In this document: piece after piece, positions 18,795 through 29,737 of the stretch
Layout of the letters: every line of letters starts with the position of its first letter
Position numbering within the stretch: the stretch's first letter is position 1
Source: a virus
Reading direction: 5' to 3' (one strand)
Length of the DNA stretch: 53,485 bases
IMG/VR virus record: IMGVR_UViG_3300042292_001278
Coordinates: 1 to 53,485 of that record
The notes under the pieces: model-generated
Database searches by the model: none
What the model was told of the DNA's origin: nothing
Seen by the model: only the letters and a program-made list of their open reading frames with translations
Program-made: the position numbers and the translations under genes

Positions 18795-19358
18795 TTACAG
18801 TTTCATTGAGTTTTCAATTTTGTCCAACTGCTTCATCATCGCAACAGCCCCCGCATTTTCGTTAGCATAGTTACCAACAGCTTGCATTAAATATACAGCT
18901 TGAGTGTCAAGTTGTTTCTGAGTATTCAACTTTTCAGTAAAGCGTTTTAGAGAACCTTCAGCCACACCTTTAACATATTGTTGGTCAGCTTCGTACCATT
19001 CAGTCCGTGCTTTATCAACCTTCAATTGAGCTTCAACAATTATCTTTTTATTGGATGCTGCTTTAATCGCATTCTCGGCGATAATCTTAGCTCCCTTAGC
19101 CTCATTCTCGGAGGGGTTGACTCGGTCGGGAATGTTGAATTGTTGGTCAAAATCATCGGTTCCTGCATAGCTGCGTTCACGGGTATAGGGGGTGATATCA
19201 CCTTTTCCGGTAGGGGTCATCACTTTAGAGAAATTAGCACCCGTGCCAGCTTCTTTGATAATGTTTCCGGTTGAAAATCGACTGCGTAACCCGTCTAGTT
19301 TAGTTGCCATTGATTTTACTCCACTCATTAAGTAATTGTTTTTTACAACCTTCACCAC
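18795..19358 (-). CDS. Hypothetical protein
   Basis: 187-aa ORF. Confidence 0.5.
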   Translation of the reverse strand: MVKVVKNNYLMSGVKSMATKLDGLRSRFSTGNIIKEAGTGANFSKVMTPTGKGDITPYTRERSYAGTDDFDQQFNIPDRVNPSENEAKGAKIIAENAIKAASNKKIIVEAQLKVDKARTEWYEADQQYVKGVAEGSLKRFTEKLNTQKQLDTQAVYLMQAVGNYANENAGAVAMMKQLDKIENSMKL

Positions 19359-19566
19359 CTTTAGCTTTTAGGCATTTTTCATACCCTGAAAGATTGGCTA
19401 CAGCTACAAACTTCTGAAATTCCTCTGTTGGTTTATTTGTTAATCTGACAACTTCAGAAGTTATCAAGCCAACTAACAATAAACTCAACAGAGCCATTGA
19501 CCAATTGAAAACGTGAAACCCTGTTATCTGGGGGGAGGTCTGGGTTTCAGATTGTTGTAAATACAT
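19300..19566 (-). CDS. Small membrane protein
   Basis: WSMALLSLLLVGLITSEVV transmembrane segment. Confidence 0.45.
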   Translation of the reverse strand: MYLQQSETQTSPQITGFHVFNWSMALLSLLLVGLITSEVVRLTNKPTEEFQKFVAVANLSGYEKCLKAKGGEGCKKQLLNEWSKINGN

Positions 19567-20115
19567 TTAGTTTGTCTCCAATTTCTGACTGTTTGCATCT
19601 AAATACCCCGCTATCGCACCACCAATAAACCCTGCCAGATGACCTTCCCAACTAATCCCTTGCGCAACCGATGGCAGCATTCCGCCGATTAAACCTTGAA
19701 ATATTACCCAAGTGATTGTTGCACATACCAAATTAGGGAAATCCAACCGGAATATAGCTGACAAAAGGCAAAATCCAAAAAATCCATATATCACCCCGCT
19801 TGCTCCTATATGATTTGAACCAGGTTGACCAAAGAACCAAACACCAAAGCCTTCAATTATTGAAATCAGCCAAAAGTTGTAATTAAATTTTCCAGGGGCT
19901 TTGAAAATTGTCAAAGTTGCCAATGGCAAATATCCGACTGTGTTCCCTATCAAGTGTTGGGGATCTCCGTGTAGGAATGGCGAGGTTATAATTCCCAACA
20001 TTCCTATACCTTCCACTCCTGGTCTGATTCCAAAATAATCAAATCCGGGGAAAAACATCTCTAAAGCCCACATTATTCCCAGATAGGTAGCTGCACACTT
20101 AAAATCTTTCAACAT
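19567..20115 (-). CDS. Rhomboid-family intramembrane serine protease
   Basis: HLIGNTVGYLPLA, GSNHIGASGVIYGFFGF (catalytic GASG), GHLAGFIGGAIAGYLD (catalytic His). Confidence 0.85.
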   Translation of the reverse strand: MLKDFKCAATYLGIMWALEMFFPGFDYFGIRPGVEGIGMLGIITSPFLHGDPQHLIGNTVGYLPLATLTIFKAPGKFNYNFWLISIIEGFGVWFFGQPGSNHIGASGVIYGFFGFCLLSAIFRLDFPNLVCATITWVIFQGLIGGMLPSVAQGISWEGHLAGFIGGAIAGYLDANSQKLETN

Positions 20116-20634
20116 GGATTTACCAGTCTAAAATTATCGAACCCGGTGTTTGATTTTGTGGTGATTGTGTTTGGCGTTGGTTTGGTAAACTTAGTTTTCC
20201 AGAATAGAGGAAAAAAGCCAAGGCAACTAACGCAATACCACCCCAAATTAAATTCTGTTTGTTTTTTTCCATATTTTCCTTTGTTGTTTATCTGTTCGTT
20301 TTGAATTGTTCATAATATCGGTTACAAACAATGTTGTTATGGATTGCAACTAACGGGGGAATTGTTAGGTAAATAAAAATTCCAAAAATCATCCATTGGA
20401 TAATAAATCTATGGTTTATCGTTATCACAAATCCCCCTCTATATAAGCTCGACAAAAGGCTCCGGTATTGTCTGGGGTGCGATTATCGGTAATATCTGCA
20501 CCCCCTCTCTTTAGGCAAATAAAATAAGTTAAGAACCAAACTACTATCCAAAACATCATTTCTTTGCGTGTGTAAAAATTCCACATTGGTTTCTGTGATG
20601 TTTCAATTCTTGTTTAAATCAATAATAAAAACCA

Positions 20635-20886
20635 TCAGTTTCGATTATTGATAATCACAGGTGGGGATGGTTGACTAGGACGTTCAACATACCTTGCACC
20701 CCCCATAACAATCGGAGATATAAAAATCAAAAATATAAATCCTAGTGGTATCCACAAGATATCTGAAGACCAACCCCCAGATTTAATGTTTTGATTGGGT
20801 TGTTGTTGGCAATTATTAAAAGGTTGTTGCTGGTAGTTTTGACCAGGAGCTTCATAATAGTTGACTTCGATTTTTGGCTTACTCAT
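20635..20886 (-). CDS. Small membrane protein
   Basis: Q/N-rich N-terminus and IPLGFIFLIFISPIVMGG transmembrane segment. Confidence 0.45.
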   Translation of the reverse strand: MSKPKIEVNYYEAPGQNYQQQPFNNCQQQPNQNIKSGGWSSDILWIPLGFIFLIFISPIVMGGARYVERPSQPSPPVIINNRN

Positions 20887-20913
20887 GATTTTCTCCTTTT
20901 AATTATTAAAAAA

Positions 20914-21318
20914 TTAATCGTTTCTGATGTTGTAAACAGTCGGTGCATTTCCTTGAGGAACAGAATAAGCACCTGAAGGCATTGCAGTAGGATTTATTTG
21001 TGGTCTTGCTAAAAAGTTTTGCAAAACTAAGCCTCCAACAATTCCTAAAACTAACCACTGCCAACCTTTTAATTTGTCAAAGATATTGTCTTTCATTGTT
21101 TCATCCTCTCCTAATAGTTCGTTGATTAATGCTAATTTTTCATAATCTTTATCAGAACAAACTTTCTGAGATAAGATTCTTTTTTTCATCTGTTTAAGCT
21201 CAGAAGAACTTAAAGATTGTGTTTTGACTCCCGATGTTGAATCTGTAACCTGGTAATCCTGAATCACCGTATCCGCGTTCTGCAATCTCTGGATTCTGTT
21301 GATACTGATGTGGTTCAT
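20914..21318 (-). CDS. Membrane protein
   Basis: 134-aa ORF, WQWLVLGIVGGLVLQNFL. Confidence 0.45.
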   Translation of the reverse strand: MNHISINRIQRLQNADTVIQDYQVTDSTSGVKTQSLSSSELKQMKKRILSQKVCSDKDYEKLALINELLGEDETMKDNIFDKLKGWQWLVLGIVGGLVLQNFLARPQINPTAMPSGAYSVPQGNAPTVYNIRND

Positions 21319-21859
21319 ATTCTTGAGTTTCTTGAGGTAATGTGTACTCGTATTCTTGGGTTACAGTTCTGCGGTTTCGGCATGGACTTTGTGGCATGGT
21401 TTCTGTTTGCAAATAAGCATCTTGGTAGGTATACCCTTGGGGTAATTCAGATGCCATAGCTTGACCTGTCACGGATGTGACCAAGCACAAGACAAGGCTT
21501 GTGCCAAGTTGTGCCATGTTTTTTACCGGAATCACCGTACCACATGACAGGTTGTCGTGAACCAACGGGAGAAGAATTGTATCCATCATTTTGAGTCCTT
21601 TTCAATGAGATTAATAAACTGGTTTCTTGCAGAGAGTAGACTGCAAATCCCGTTAGCATTTGCTTGAATCATCCAGAGGGCTAACCCGCCACCAATACCT
21701 GTTCCAATTATCAAGAGTATGATTGTATTTATCATTGATTTCTTGATGTTGTTTGCTGTTTTTACGATAGATGACACCATGATTAAACCCTGATTATTGA
21801 ACTAACAAATCCCTCCGTGCATAAGAAAAACTACTTCGGGATATTGTTTTTTAATTGGT

Positions 21860-22405
21860 TTATTTGCCCTCCGGCAATGCAAAGTAACCGAGTACGTTTT
21901 CACTTCCGGTAAGTTGAAATCGATCTGCTCTTTCGACCTCTCGAATCTCGGCATCAATAATCATTCCCACCTGATTGAAACAGGTTGTTACTTTTGCAAA
22001 TTCAAAGCCTTGGGCAAAATGTTCTAAGACTTTATCCTGTAGTTTTTCCGCAGCCAGTTCAACAACCTTGGGGGCTATTTGTTCGGCTAGATTGTCAGCC
22101 ATTTTGTCGATTGTTTCAGCCATTGATCCAGCCGCGTGTTCGGCTTTTCCGCCCGTTTTCTTTTGCTGTGATTGCAGGTCTTTAACGTACTTTTCAACAG
22201 CTTGGGAGACAGATAACGAGTGAGTTTGTTGTATCGCGATGATTGAGGAAAGAATCGCTACCATCCCATTTTGAGGAACATTTGTTGCGTCAAAATGGAA
22301 ATTTTCTACCAGAGAGGAAATGATTAATCTAGCTCTTTCTGGTTTGACTTTAACCGCAGAGGCGATCGCGTCAAGGTCGTAGTTTTGTTGAGTTTGTGCT
22401 GTCAT
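21860..22405 (-). CDS. Hypothetical protein
   Basis: 181-aa ORF. Confidence 0.5.
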   Translation of the reverse strand: MTAQTQQNYDLDAIASAVKVKPERARLIISSLVENFHFDATNVPQNGMVAILSSIIAIQQTHSLSVSQAVEKYVKDLQSQQKKTGGKAEHAAGSMAETIDKMADNLAEQIAPKVVELAAEKLQDKVLEHFAQGFEFAKVTTCFNQVGMIIDAEIREVERADRFQLTGSENVLGYFALPEGK

Positions 22406-22659
22406 AGTCCTCTTAATTTAATGTCGTTTAAAATCCGTTCACGGGTTCGAGTTCTTGCCCTGTTTTTGTACTCGATTAACTTGCTTGCAGCATCAGCCGA
22501 AATCATGCCGTCATTGGGTTGAAAATCAAATTCCTCTGGGCTTAAAACGCCTCGGAGGTCTTGACATAGGGTTCGGAGATAATTAACCGAAACTCCTAAA
22601 CTCTCGGCTACCTGCTCACGGGTAAAATGGGTAATTTCCTCAATACTTGCGCTCCGCAT
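22402..22659 (-). CDS. Small HTH-like DNA-binding protein
   Basis: IEEITHFTREQVAESLGVSVNYLRTLCQDLRG; 4-nt overlap with downstream gene. Confidence 0.5.
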   Translation of the reverse strand: MRSASIEEITHFTREQVAESLGVSVNYLRTLCQDLRGVLSPEEFDFQPNDGMISADAASKLIEYKNRARTRTRERILNDIKLRGL

Positions 22660-22782
22660 AAATGATTACAAATCGTTTGGTTTCTGTTTGTTAAGCGAAA
22701 TGAAACGCTTGACTAACAACAACAATAAACCCCCTACAGAGAGGGGGTCAATGTCATTTCGTCACTGGATGTCATTCTGTCA

Positions 22783-22998
22783 CTAATTACTCATTGTTTG
22801 AGCTAACAAAGATAGGTGACGACGGAAAACAACGTATTTAGGAGCGTTGTTATTGGAGTTGTTTTGATGTCTAAAAACCGTTCTCCGGTCGGCTCCTGTC
22901 TGAATGCAAATCCAATCAATAGATTTATTGTATTTGCTTACAAATTCCTGAACCGATAGTTCGGTTGATGTTTGATATACCATTGTAATAGCCTCCAA
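22783..22998 (-). CDS. Small HTH-like protein
   Basis: LSVQEFVSKYNKSIDWICIQTGADRRTVFRHQ. Confidence 0.4.
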   Translation of the reverse strand: MEAITMVYQTSTELSVQEFVSKYNKSIDWICIQTGADRRTVFRHQNNSNNNAPKYVVFRRHLSLLAQTMSN

Positions 22999-23064
22999 GT
23001 TGTGCTTAGTCGTGAACTTGTGGGTGGGATTGATCGGCTGTTATCCGATCAATCCCCTTTAAGT

Positions 23065-23334
23065 TTAAATTCGTGAATTTCGCCACGCTTCTATGCTTTC
23101 CCAACCGATAGGGATCAATGGGATTAAGTTGCTTGGTTTATAGCATTTCTCATGAATCCGTCCAGCCTCTATACTGAATGACCTGGTACTCGGCGGGATC
23201 TCTTTTCCACACTCTACACAAACAACAGACTCGGGTTTGTAAGCAGTGGGATTCATTAGGTCTTTAAGCTCCTCTGGAGATGGGGTATATTCGTCGATAT
23301 CCCATTCATCATCGCTATAGTTATCCATGTTCAT
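23065..23334 (-). CDS. Hypothetical zinc-binding-like protein (start revised to MNMDNYSDDEWD)
   Basis: VVCVECGKEIPPSTRSFSIEAGRIHEKC; upstream extension is antisense to another probable gene. Confidence 0.45.
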   Translation of the reverse strand: MNMDNYSDDEWDIDEYTPSPEELKDLMNPTAYKPESVVCVECGKEIPPSTRSFSIEAGRIHEKCYKPSNLIPLIPIGWESIEAWRNSRI

Positions 23335-23446
23335 TTGACTTGTTTTAAGGTGGGGTTGGGATTGAGGTGAGAGGGGTTGGAGCCTTCTCGCCTCTTTTAG
23401 CGTGATTAAAATATTGTACACTGAACAGTAACAATAATGGAACAAT

Positions 23447-23677
23447 ATGGCAAGCGACAAGAAAAACAGAATTAACTCAACGCTCCCGGAATTCCATCGG
23501 AAATGGTTAAAGGTATGGGCTTTCCTGAAGTGCACCACGCCGACCGCATTGGCTGGCAATATTCTCCAGGCTAGGATCGAAGCTAACCTAGACTTGATTA
23601 GTCGGATGTTAGCAGAAAGGTCTGAAGATTTGGGGATATCTTCAGACGAGTTAATCAATCGGATTTTGGATGAATAG
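23447..23677 (+). CDS. Small hypothetical protein, possible DNA-binding
   Basis: MASDKKNRINSTLPEFHRKWLKVWAFLKCTTPTALAGNILQARIEANLDLISRML. Confidence 0.4.
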   Translation: MASDKKNRINSTLPEFHRKWLKVWAFLKCTTPTALAGNILQARIEANLDLISRMLAERSEDLGISSDELINRILDE

Positions 23678-24009
23678 CTAAAACAAACTTAATTGACCCT
23701 CACTAGCAACCGCTTTACGTTTTGGATTGTTCCACGATTCCCCACGACTGTTGACACAGTTTCGCCAGTCGGGATAGGTTCTGAATGGTTGTTTCAGAGC
23801 CACAAATTTCGGAACGAGTTTCAATTCCTCAAGCCAGATTTTATAAGGGGAATATTCTCTGGCTCCGAATGGATACCGCGCATTGACATATTCCCGTGCG
23901 TCTTGTGGGTTAATTTCTTGACCGAGGCAAGCGCATTGTGCTTCATATTCAAGGAGGGAGTTTGCAATCTTTGATATTGAACAATCGCGCCAAGACATTG
24001 ATTTTTTCA

Positions 24010-24303
24010 TTACTTAACAAGTGTGGGACTAAAATCAACCTCACAATCCAAGTCCCAAAATAGATTGGCAGAGGTTCTATATAGGCAAAAAACACGGTCA
24101 CTCTCAAGATCAATTAAGTAACATTCTTGCCTTTTGTCTTCCTGGTTCCAATGTTCGCCCGTTGATTGGCAGTCATTGGGGTCAATTAATTGACTTTCTA
24201 ATTTGCGACGATCCTCTATTCTTAACATCCGAGAATCAAACCCTCGTTTTTCAACAGATGACAGCCAATTGTATAATCGTCGAGACCCAGTAACTTTAAT
24301 CAT
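24010..24303 (-). CDS. Hypothetical protein
   Basis: 97-aa ORF. Confidence 0.45.
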   Translation of the reverse strand: MIKVTGSRRLYNWLSSVEKRGFDSRMLRIEDRRKLESQLIDPNDCQSTGEHWNQEDKRQECYLIDLESDRVFCLYRTSANLFWDLDCEVDFSPTLVK

Positions 24304-24464
24304 TTAATTACCCTCCGAACTAGGATAGTTAAGCCAATACCAAAACGTGATTAATTGATAGTTGGCTGGGTTTCTGTGGCGGATAATATTACGCCATAGT
24401 CTGAAGTTAGTCTTGTAGTCATGTGACCCGTCGCGCCATAAGTTAATTAGATTCATGCTGTCCT

Positions 24465-24725
24465 TTACTTTCTAGGGTTTAGCGATCGCCTATAAATTGC
24501 CATCGCTCTAATGTGGTTTGGATCATTGATATTTTCATGACACTGAATCCAATTTCTTATCAGCGTCAAATTGTACAAATATCCCGCCCGATTCCCGCCA
24601 GGGCGTTTGTAATAATGAATTTTGTCAATCCATTTTTTACGATAATGTTTGACGGAATCGGCACTCCTCAGTCCCAAGAGTTGGGCGGCTTCCGTCTTGG
24701 AGCCAAATTCGTAGGCTGCAATCAT
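24465..24725 (-). CDS. HTH protein
   Basis: GSKTEAAQLLGLRSADSVKHYRKKW. Confidence 0.45.
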   Translation of the reverse strand: MIAAYEFGSKTEAAQLLGLRSADSVKHYRKKWIDKIHYYKRPGGNRAGYLYNLTLIRNWIQCHENINDPNHIRAMAIYRRSLNPRK

Positions 24726-25153
24726 AAACCTTGAATCCTTAACTGAATAGGAACCTCGTTAATCTCCAACAATCCTTTTTTAGAAAGTTTTGCCAATTCA
24801 ACCTGAACATCTTGCACGTCGAATTTAATTTCTTTTTCCTTCCCCAATGGAGTTACGCCAGAACAGTCAAGTATTGTGATTAGATTTTCTGGTGTAACTT
24901 CTAAATCTTTATTGCAGCCATAAAGAAGACGAAGCATATAGAGAATGTAGACAGATTTGTTTATTCCCCCTGCTATTAAATCCGATTGCAAATTATAAAC
25001 AGATTGGACTAATTTACCCTGTTCATTCATCACTGTCCCCATATTTTTCTCTGGGAATTGGACAATATTTTCTTCCGTCGCCTCTGCATTTCCTAGCGAA
25101 TACTCTCCCACAAACATGGTTTTCCTCCTATTTAGTAAATGCAATCTTGGCAT
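24722..25153 (-). CDS. Hypothetical protein
   Basis: 143-aa ORF. Confidence 0.45.
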   Translation of the reverse strand: MPRLHLLNRRKTMFVGEYSLGNAEATEENIVQFPEKNMGTVMNEQGKLVQSVYNLQSDLIAGGINKSVYILYMLRLLYGCNKDLEVTPENLITILDCSGVTPLGKEKEIKFDVQDVQVELAKLSKKGLLEINEVPIQLRIQGL

Positions 25154-25418
25154 CCCAGAGGGTTTGAAGCCACTGGTTTTGAGTTGGCATTAAGTGTTCG
25201 TTATTTTTGAATGGATAGGGGAATATTCTCCTTGCTATTTTAGACGCTAGGATCGCGTCTTTTTTAGAGTGAAAATACCCTGGGAAACATCGCCCCGATG
25301 CCAAGTGAGTGACACCCCAATAATCGTCATCAAGTCGGTTAACGGCTAACCATTTACGGACTGTTGCCTTTATTTTCCAGCGCCCATAAATAGTATGGGT
25401 TACAATCGTTTTTCTCAT
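25128..25418 (-). CDS. Hypothetical protein
   Basis: 96-aa ORF. Confidence 0.45.
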   Translation of the reverse strand: MRKTIVTHTIYGRWKIKATVRKWLAVNRLDDDYWGVTHLASGRCFPGYFHSKKDAILASKIARRIFPYPFKNNEHLMPTQNQWLQTLWDAKIAFTK

Positions 25419-25598
25419 GACTCAACCCTTGTTCTTGTGATAACTGAAACGGGAACTCCGTCCCAATCTTCCTGGATATAGTATCTACCAGTGCCAGATT
25501 TGTTCATTTCCTCGCACTTTTTCCGAGCTTGATTAAATCTCGGATAAGACGCGATAATAACGCCTTTTCCTAGTTCCCAAATCGCGTAGCCCTTCTGT

Positions 25599-25952
25599 TT
25601 ACTCATTACCTTTCTGTATTCGTCTTAGTGTTAATTTGGCATATTCAATGGCAAAAAATATGCCCCCCTCATACTGTTCTATGAGGTGTTCTGCAAACTC
25701 CTGATTTAGAGTTGGCAATTTGCAAAACAATTGTTGATAAATTTCCTCCGGTTGTGAGGTTTTTTTTGCTGACCGGAATGATGGGGCGACCCTACCGTAA
25801 TCGGCAGGGAGTTCCCCGACTCGCTTCCACTGGAAAAGCGTGGCTCTCCCTATCCCAAGATTTCGAGATATCTCCGTCAGGCTTTTGCCCGACTTAATAG
25901 CTTCGTAAGCTATTTTCCTAATTTCTGGAGAATAACGCTTCGTACTTGACAT
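25599..25952 (-). CDS. Transposase-orfA-like HTH domain protein
   Basis: RYSPEIRKIAYEAIKSGKSLTEISRNLGIGRATLFQWKR; no catalytic partner nearby. Confidence 0.5.
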   Translation of the reverse strand: MSSTKRYSPEIRKIAYEAIKSGKSLTEISRNLGIGRATLFQWKRVGELPADYGRVAPSFRSAKKTSQPEEIYQQLFCKLPTLNQEFAEHLIEQYEGGIFFAIEYAKLTLRRIQKGNE

Positions 25953-26087
25953 CTGGTTTCTGGTTAATGGTTATTGGGTTAAAAAAAGGGTGTAACTAGA
26001 GGGCTTTCCACCCCAGGAGATTCTTACTTACAAACACAATTAAATGATCTTTGTCTGGACATCACCTCCTTTCTGTCTTAAATTTAT

Positions 26088-26522
26088 TCAACACTCTGAA
26101 ATATAGGTATAAGCATCATTTTGAAACTGCTCATTTTCCCGCAAAGATTGATGGTACTCTCCCATCTTTTTCAATGCGTGACCAAAATGTTTTAATGTCC
26201 CTCCCTCAAGTTTTATTAAATAAGATCCATTGTTGTTGAAATAATTAGGAAATCTCGATGAAATTGGACTATACCAATACAAATACATTTCATCATCTCC
26301 AATGAGCAGACCGATGTCACCTTGAAACATTTTTTCATCTTCATCAGAAAAGTCTTCAACCTTTTCTAATGTTTCGGATTTGATCGTGTGACACAAAAAC
26401 GTAACGTCCGATACTATACTTGTGTCAATCTCTATGTCTAAAATGCCTGTTGTGGCTTCTAATGTCAGGTTGCTTCCCTGACTTAATAAATTTATTAAAA
26501 CCTGTAATTGTGGTGTTAGCAT
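26088..26522 (-). CDS. Hypothetical protein
   Basis: 144-aa ORF. Confidence 0.4.
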   Translation of the reverse strand: MLTPQLQVLINLLSQGSNLTLEATTGILDIEIDTSIVSDVTFLCHTIKSETLEKVEDFSDEDEKMFQGDIGLLIGDDEMYLYWYSPISSRFPNYFNNNGSYLIKLEGGTLKHFGHALKKMGEYHQSLRENEQFQNDAYTYISEC

Positions 26523-26794
26523 ACATCTCCAAGTGATAAAACATAAACTTCTGTCCCTTGTTCAATTGTTCCTTCGCTCCATTCAGGCTTGGGGATTCCC
26601 TTAGAGATTCCCAACAATTCAACAGTTATCGAGGGGACGCTGTTGCCGTATCCGTTGGTAAATCGGATATGGGTTAGTGGCTTATGAAATCGGGTTGTAT
26701 AGTATGGCTTAATTTCTCGATATTCTTCCTTTTTTTCGCCGGAAGCTATCATGTCAAACCACTTTTTCTTAATGGCTAAGGTTAATATTGTCAT
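26516..26794 (-). CDS. ASCH-domain protein
   Basis: TLAIKKKWFDMIASGEKKEEYREIKPYYTTRF...HIRFTNGYGNSVPSITVELLGI. Confidence 0.75.
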   Translation of the reverse strand: MTILTLAIKKKWFDMIASGEKKEEYREIKPYYTTRFHKPLTHIRFTNGYGNSVPSITVELLGISKGIPKPEWSEGTIEQGTEVYVLSLGDVC

Positions 26795-27091
26795 AACCCT
26801 TTTCCTGCTCTCATTAACTCGTTAATCCATTTAGTTCGTAGGCGTTTTGCCTCTTTCTCGTTGTCGCAGGGCGGTTGGTATTGACTAGAAAGAACAGTGT
26901 TTTCTCTTAATAGAAACCACTCGGTTCCCGTTAACCACCAATCCCCCTCTCTTGTTCCCCAAAGTTCGACACCTTCTGGCATCGCGCAATAATCCTTGTC
27001 GTAATTTGAAGCTATTATTCGGACTTCTGATGCGTTCATATGTCATAGCTGTAGAGTTTTGAATTGGGGGAATTTCACCCCCAGGAGTTGT

Positions 27092-27940
27092 TTAGAAATC
27101 AATACCCGCAGCCGCCAATGCCTCTAAGTCACTAACAGGGGGTAATGCTGCCATAATTTGATCGGGTTGGATCAATGGGCGTTTAGGCTGTAACCCTTGC
27201 CAGGTAAATTCTTTAGCCCGTGCATTGTACCCAACAAAATAGTTTTTCCAGGTTTCTAATGTTGGGTTTTCAAATCCTGCAACTTTACAAGCGGGGGATT
27301 TTGTTTCATCGCCTGCCATCTCGCGTTTAACCTCAAAAGCAAAAACGCATAAACTCTTGAATGTCATCGCTTTTTCACTAGCAGGAATTTGGTTTTCAAT
27401 AGCATGACAAGATGTAATTGCCGTTATGAATTTTCCCCATTCAACAGAAAAGGTCGCTTGAGCAGCACCAGTAAGTTTTAGGCTCAAGGGAATTTGGTGC
27501 AGAGGAATGTTTTTTGCATCCAAAAGAAATACATCAAACGCTTGAAAATTAGTGAAGTCTTTATTAGCTTTATGGATATTTTTTTTATAATATCCATCAA
27601 AAACATTCGTTTGCTGTTCTTTTGTCGCAGTTTTATTGAGTGCCAAAACCGGAGTCCGAGGACACACTAACATCCGCATCTTTTTAAACGACAAACCTTG
27701 TTCAGTCTCACCGCTTGCAAAAACATATTCAATTAAATCTTTTTTGTCAAAATTATTCCATCCGGCTTTTGCGGCTTGGTTAATTTCGATAAAATACCCG
27801 CACTGTTTGGGGTCTTCTCCGCGTAAGGCTTGAATCCGGGGAAGCCGTGCATTAGGGTCTAAATATTCCTCGGATGCAAATTCATCGCGTTGAACTTGCA
27901 TTAATTGATCTTGGTCAACATGGTCAATAGTTGAAGTCAT
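27092..27940 (-). CDS. Conserved-looking hypothetical protein, possibly DNA-associated
   Basis: 282-aa ORF. Confidence 0.5.
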   Translation of the reverse strand: MTSTIDHVDQDQLMQVQRDEFASEEYLDPNARLPRIQALRGEDPKQCGYFIEINQAAKAGWNNFDKKDLIEYVFASGETEQGLSFKKMRMLVCPRTPVLALNKTATKEQQTNVFDGYYKKNIHKANKDFTNFQAFDVFLLDAKNIPLHQIPLSLKLTGAAQATFSVEWGKFITAITSCHAIENQIPASEKAMTFKSLCVFAFEVKREMAGDETKSPACKVAGFENPTLETWKNYFVGYNARAKEFTWQGLQPKRPLIQPDQIMAALPPVSDLEALAAAGIDF

Positions 27941-28457
27941 TGTTTTAACTTGATTTCTGTGGGTTTATTCGGGCTTAATCGCACCGCCCCAACGCCTCAC
28001 AATCGCACTATGAAGCGTAAGGGAAAAACGATTACTGATTACGCTCTTTGTACATATCAAAAGGATAAAAGTCGTCATCCGGCATTTCGGGAAAGAAGCC
28101 GTCGCTACCATCGGCAAATAGAATAATTCCCCCTGAGTTGTTGGGGTTCTTGATAAAAATGTCCCCTTCTGGATTTGAGAAATAATCCAGACTTAAACTA
28201 GATCCACGATCAGATCCAATCTCATAGGCTCTATCTAAATTTTTTCTGTCCATGTTAGTTTTCTCCAAGAATCGAATTAATTAATTCGTTAAACTCATTC
28301 ATCGTTCCACGGGGAACCTGTGAGATGACTAAAGGAATTAGCTTGTCGTCAATCTCCACACATCGGGCATTTGTTTCCTGTTTATGAAAAGGAATCGAAT
28401 CCCTTTCTTGAATTAATCTGGCAAATTCTTCAGCTAACTGCTTAACATCCACATCCA

Positions 28458-28979
28458 TTACGCCACCTCCTCGTCAACCCAAGACTGTTCAACCAAAGCA
28501 TCAACAGCCAACTGAAAACTCCCATGTCGGGATTGGGAATATTGAAACCCTTTCCCGTGTACCAACATCTCAGAAACCGCATAATAATCAGATTTGTAGT
28601 TCACTACATAGCCCAGTTTGCAGCCGGTTTCATAGATGGCTGTACCTTTTGATTTTGCTAAGGAAACAATCATTTCTTGAGTTGGTTGATTCGCGTCGAT
28701 TAATTCCCGTTTTTGGGAACAGATTAGCTCCCAATAGAATGAGAACTGATCCGCACCAATCAGAATCGCGCCACCATCTGCTAACACAAATTTCAAGATG
28801 TCGTGATTGGTAAAGATACCTGTTATCTGTTCGGGCGTGGGATTGATTTGTCCGAATGTATCCCAAGCAATGACTTGGGCAGCGATGGTCTTGTCTAGTG
28901 CTAACGCCATGATTTCCCCTGAAATCAGAGGGGCGGGCGCTGTCTGAACTTGACTTGTTTGGACGGTTGTTGCTATCAT
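28458..28979 (-). CDS. Hypothetical protein
   Basis: 173-aa ORF. Confidence 0.4.
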   Translation of the reverse strand: MIATTVQTSQVQTAPAPLISGEIMALALDKTIAAQVIAWDTFGQINPTPEQITGIFTNHDILKFVLADGGAILIGADQFSFYWELICSQKRELIDANQPTQEMIVSLAKSKGTAIYETGCKLGYVVNYKSDYYAVSEMLVHGKGFQYSQSRHGSFQLAVDALVEQSWVDEEVA

Positions 28980-29198
28980 GGTTTAGTTGGGTTTTGACCC
29001 GTAAGGCGGTTGGCACTGATGTTGTAGTCGGGTGCTGACCGCTTTTGGCTTTGTACCTACAATCTTATAGTAATCTAATTACTATGTCAAGGGGTTTCGG
29101 AAAAATTCTTGTTACTACACAAAAAGAAGTTTAGGTATTGGCGGCAAGGCTTGTACAGAAAGGCATTTAGCTTATGCGGTTACAATCGACAATCACTC

Positions 29199-29684
29199 TC
29201 ATCGCTTCTGACTAAAGGACTTGATTGTCACGGTAGGGAACAGGTCTCGGATATCAGCACCGAGGGTCTTTAAAACAAAATCCAATCTTTCACGACTAAC
29301 AGATGCAACTTTTCCCTGTTCCCATTTGAGGATTGTGTCAAAGGAAACCGTTGGCTCCGTAAGGGTTGCAAGTTTTTTTTGCGATATGTTTTTGGCATTT
29401 CTTACATCTTGCAATCTAGTCCCAACGTCCTTATCCCAAGCAATTTGGACAATACAGTTATATGGAATCATAATCTCCTCTTCTTGATCTTTCGGTATAG
29501 TATTGACATTACTACCTTTTTGTTCTAACATAGCAATATTGTAGGAATCTGGCAAGACCAAATCACCAGATTCCTGCACCCCCTGAAACAACAAGCCTTG
29601 GATCGGCTTTGTAAATCGTAAGGGAAAAACACGGAAAGGAAAAATGCCTATGGGATGAAATTGAACGGGCAGATTGTAGAACAC
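29199..29684 (-). CDS. XRE-like HTH transcriptional regulator
   Basis: RNAKNISQKKLATLTEPTVSFDTILKWEQGKVASVSRERLDFVLKTLG. Confidence 0.6.
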   Translation of the reverse strand: MFYNLPVQFHPIGIFPFRVFPLRFTKPIQGLLFQGVQESGDLVLPDSYNIAMLEQKGSNVNTIPKDQEEEIMIPYNCIVQIAWDKDVGTRLQDVRNAKNISQKKLATLTEPTVSFDTILKWEQGKVASVSRERLDFVLKTLGADIRDLFPTVTIKSFSQKR

Positions 29685-29737
29685 CTAAATACCAGAGGGA
29701 AGATTCAAGCATTCCCTTTGGTTTCCTAAATAATGAA

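Noticed and set aside
25599-25952. Active insertion sequence.
   Set aside because: Only an orfA-like HTH is present; no DDE catalytic ORF or terminal inverted repeats were recognized.
28630-29016. 128-aa minus-strand ORF overlapping 28458-28979.
   Set aside because: Product is Ser/Arg/His-rich and overlaps the more credible 173-aa ORF.
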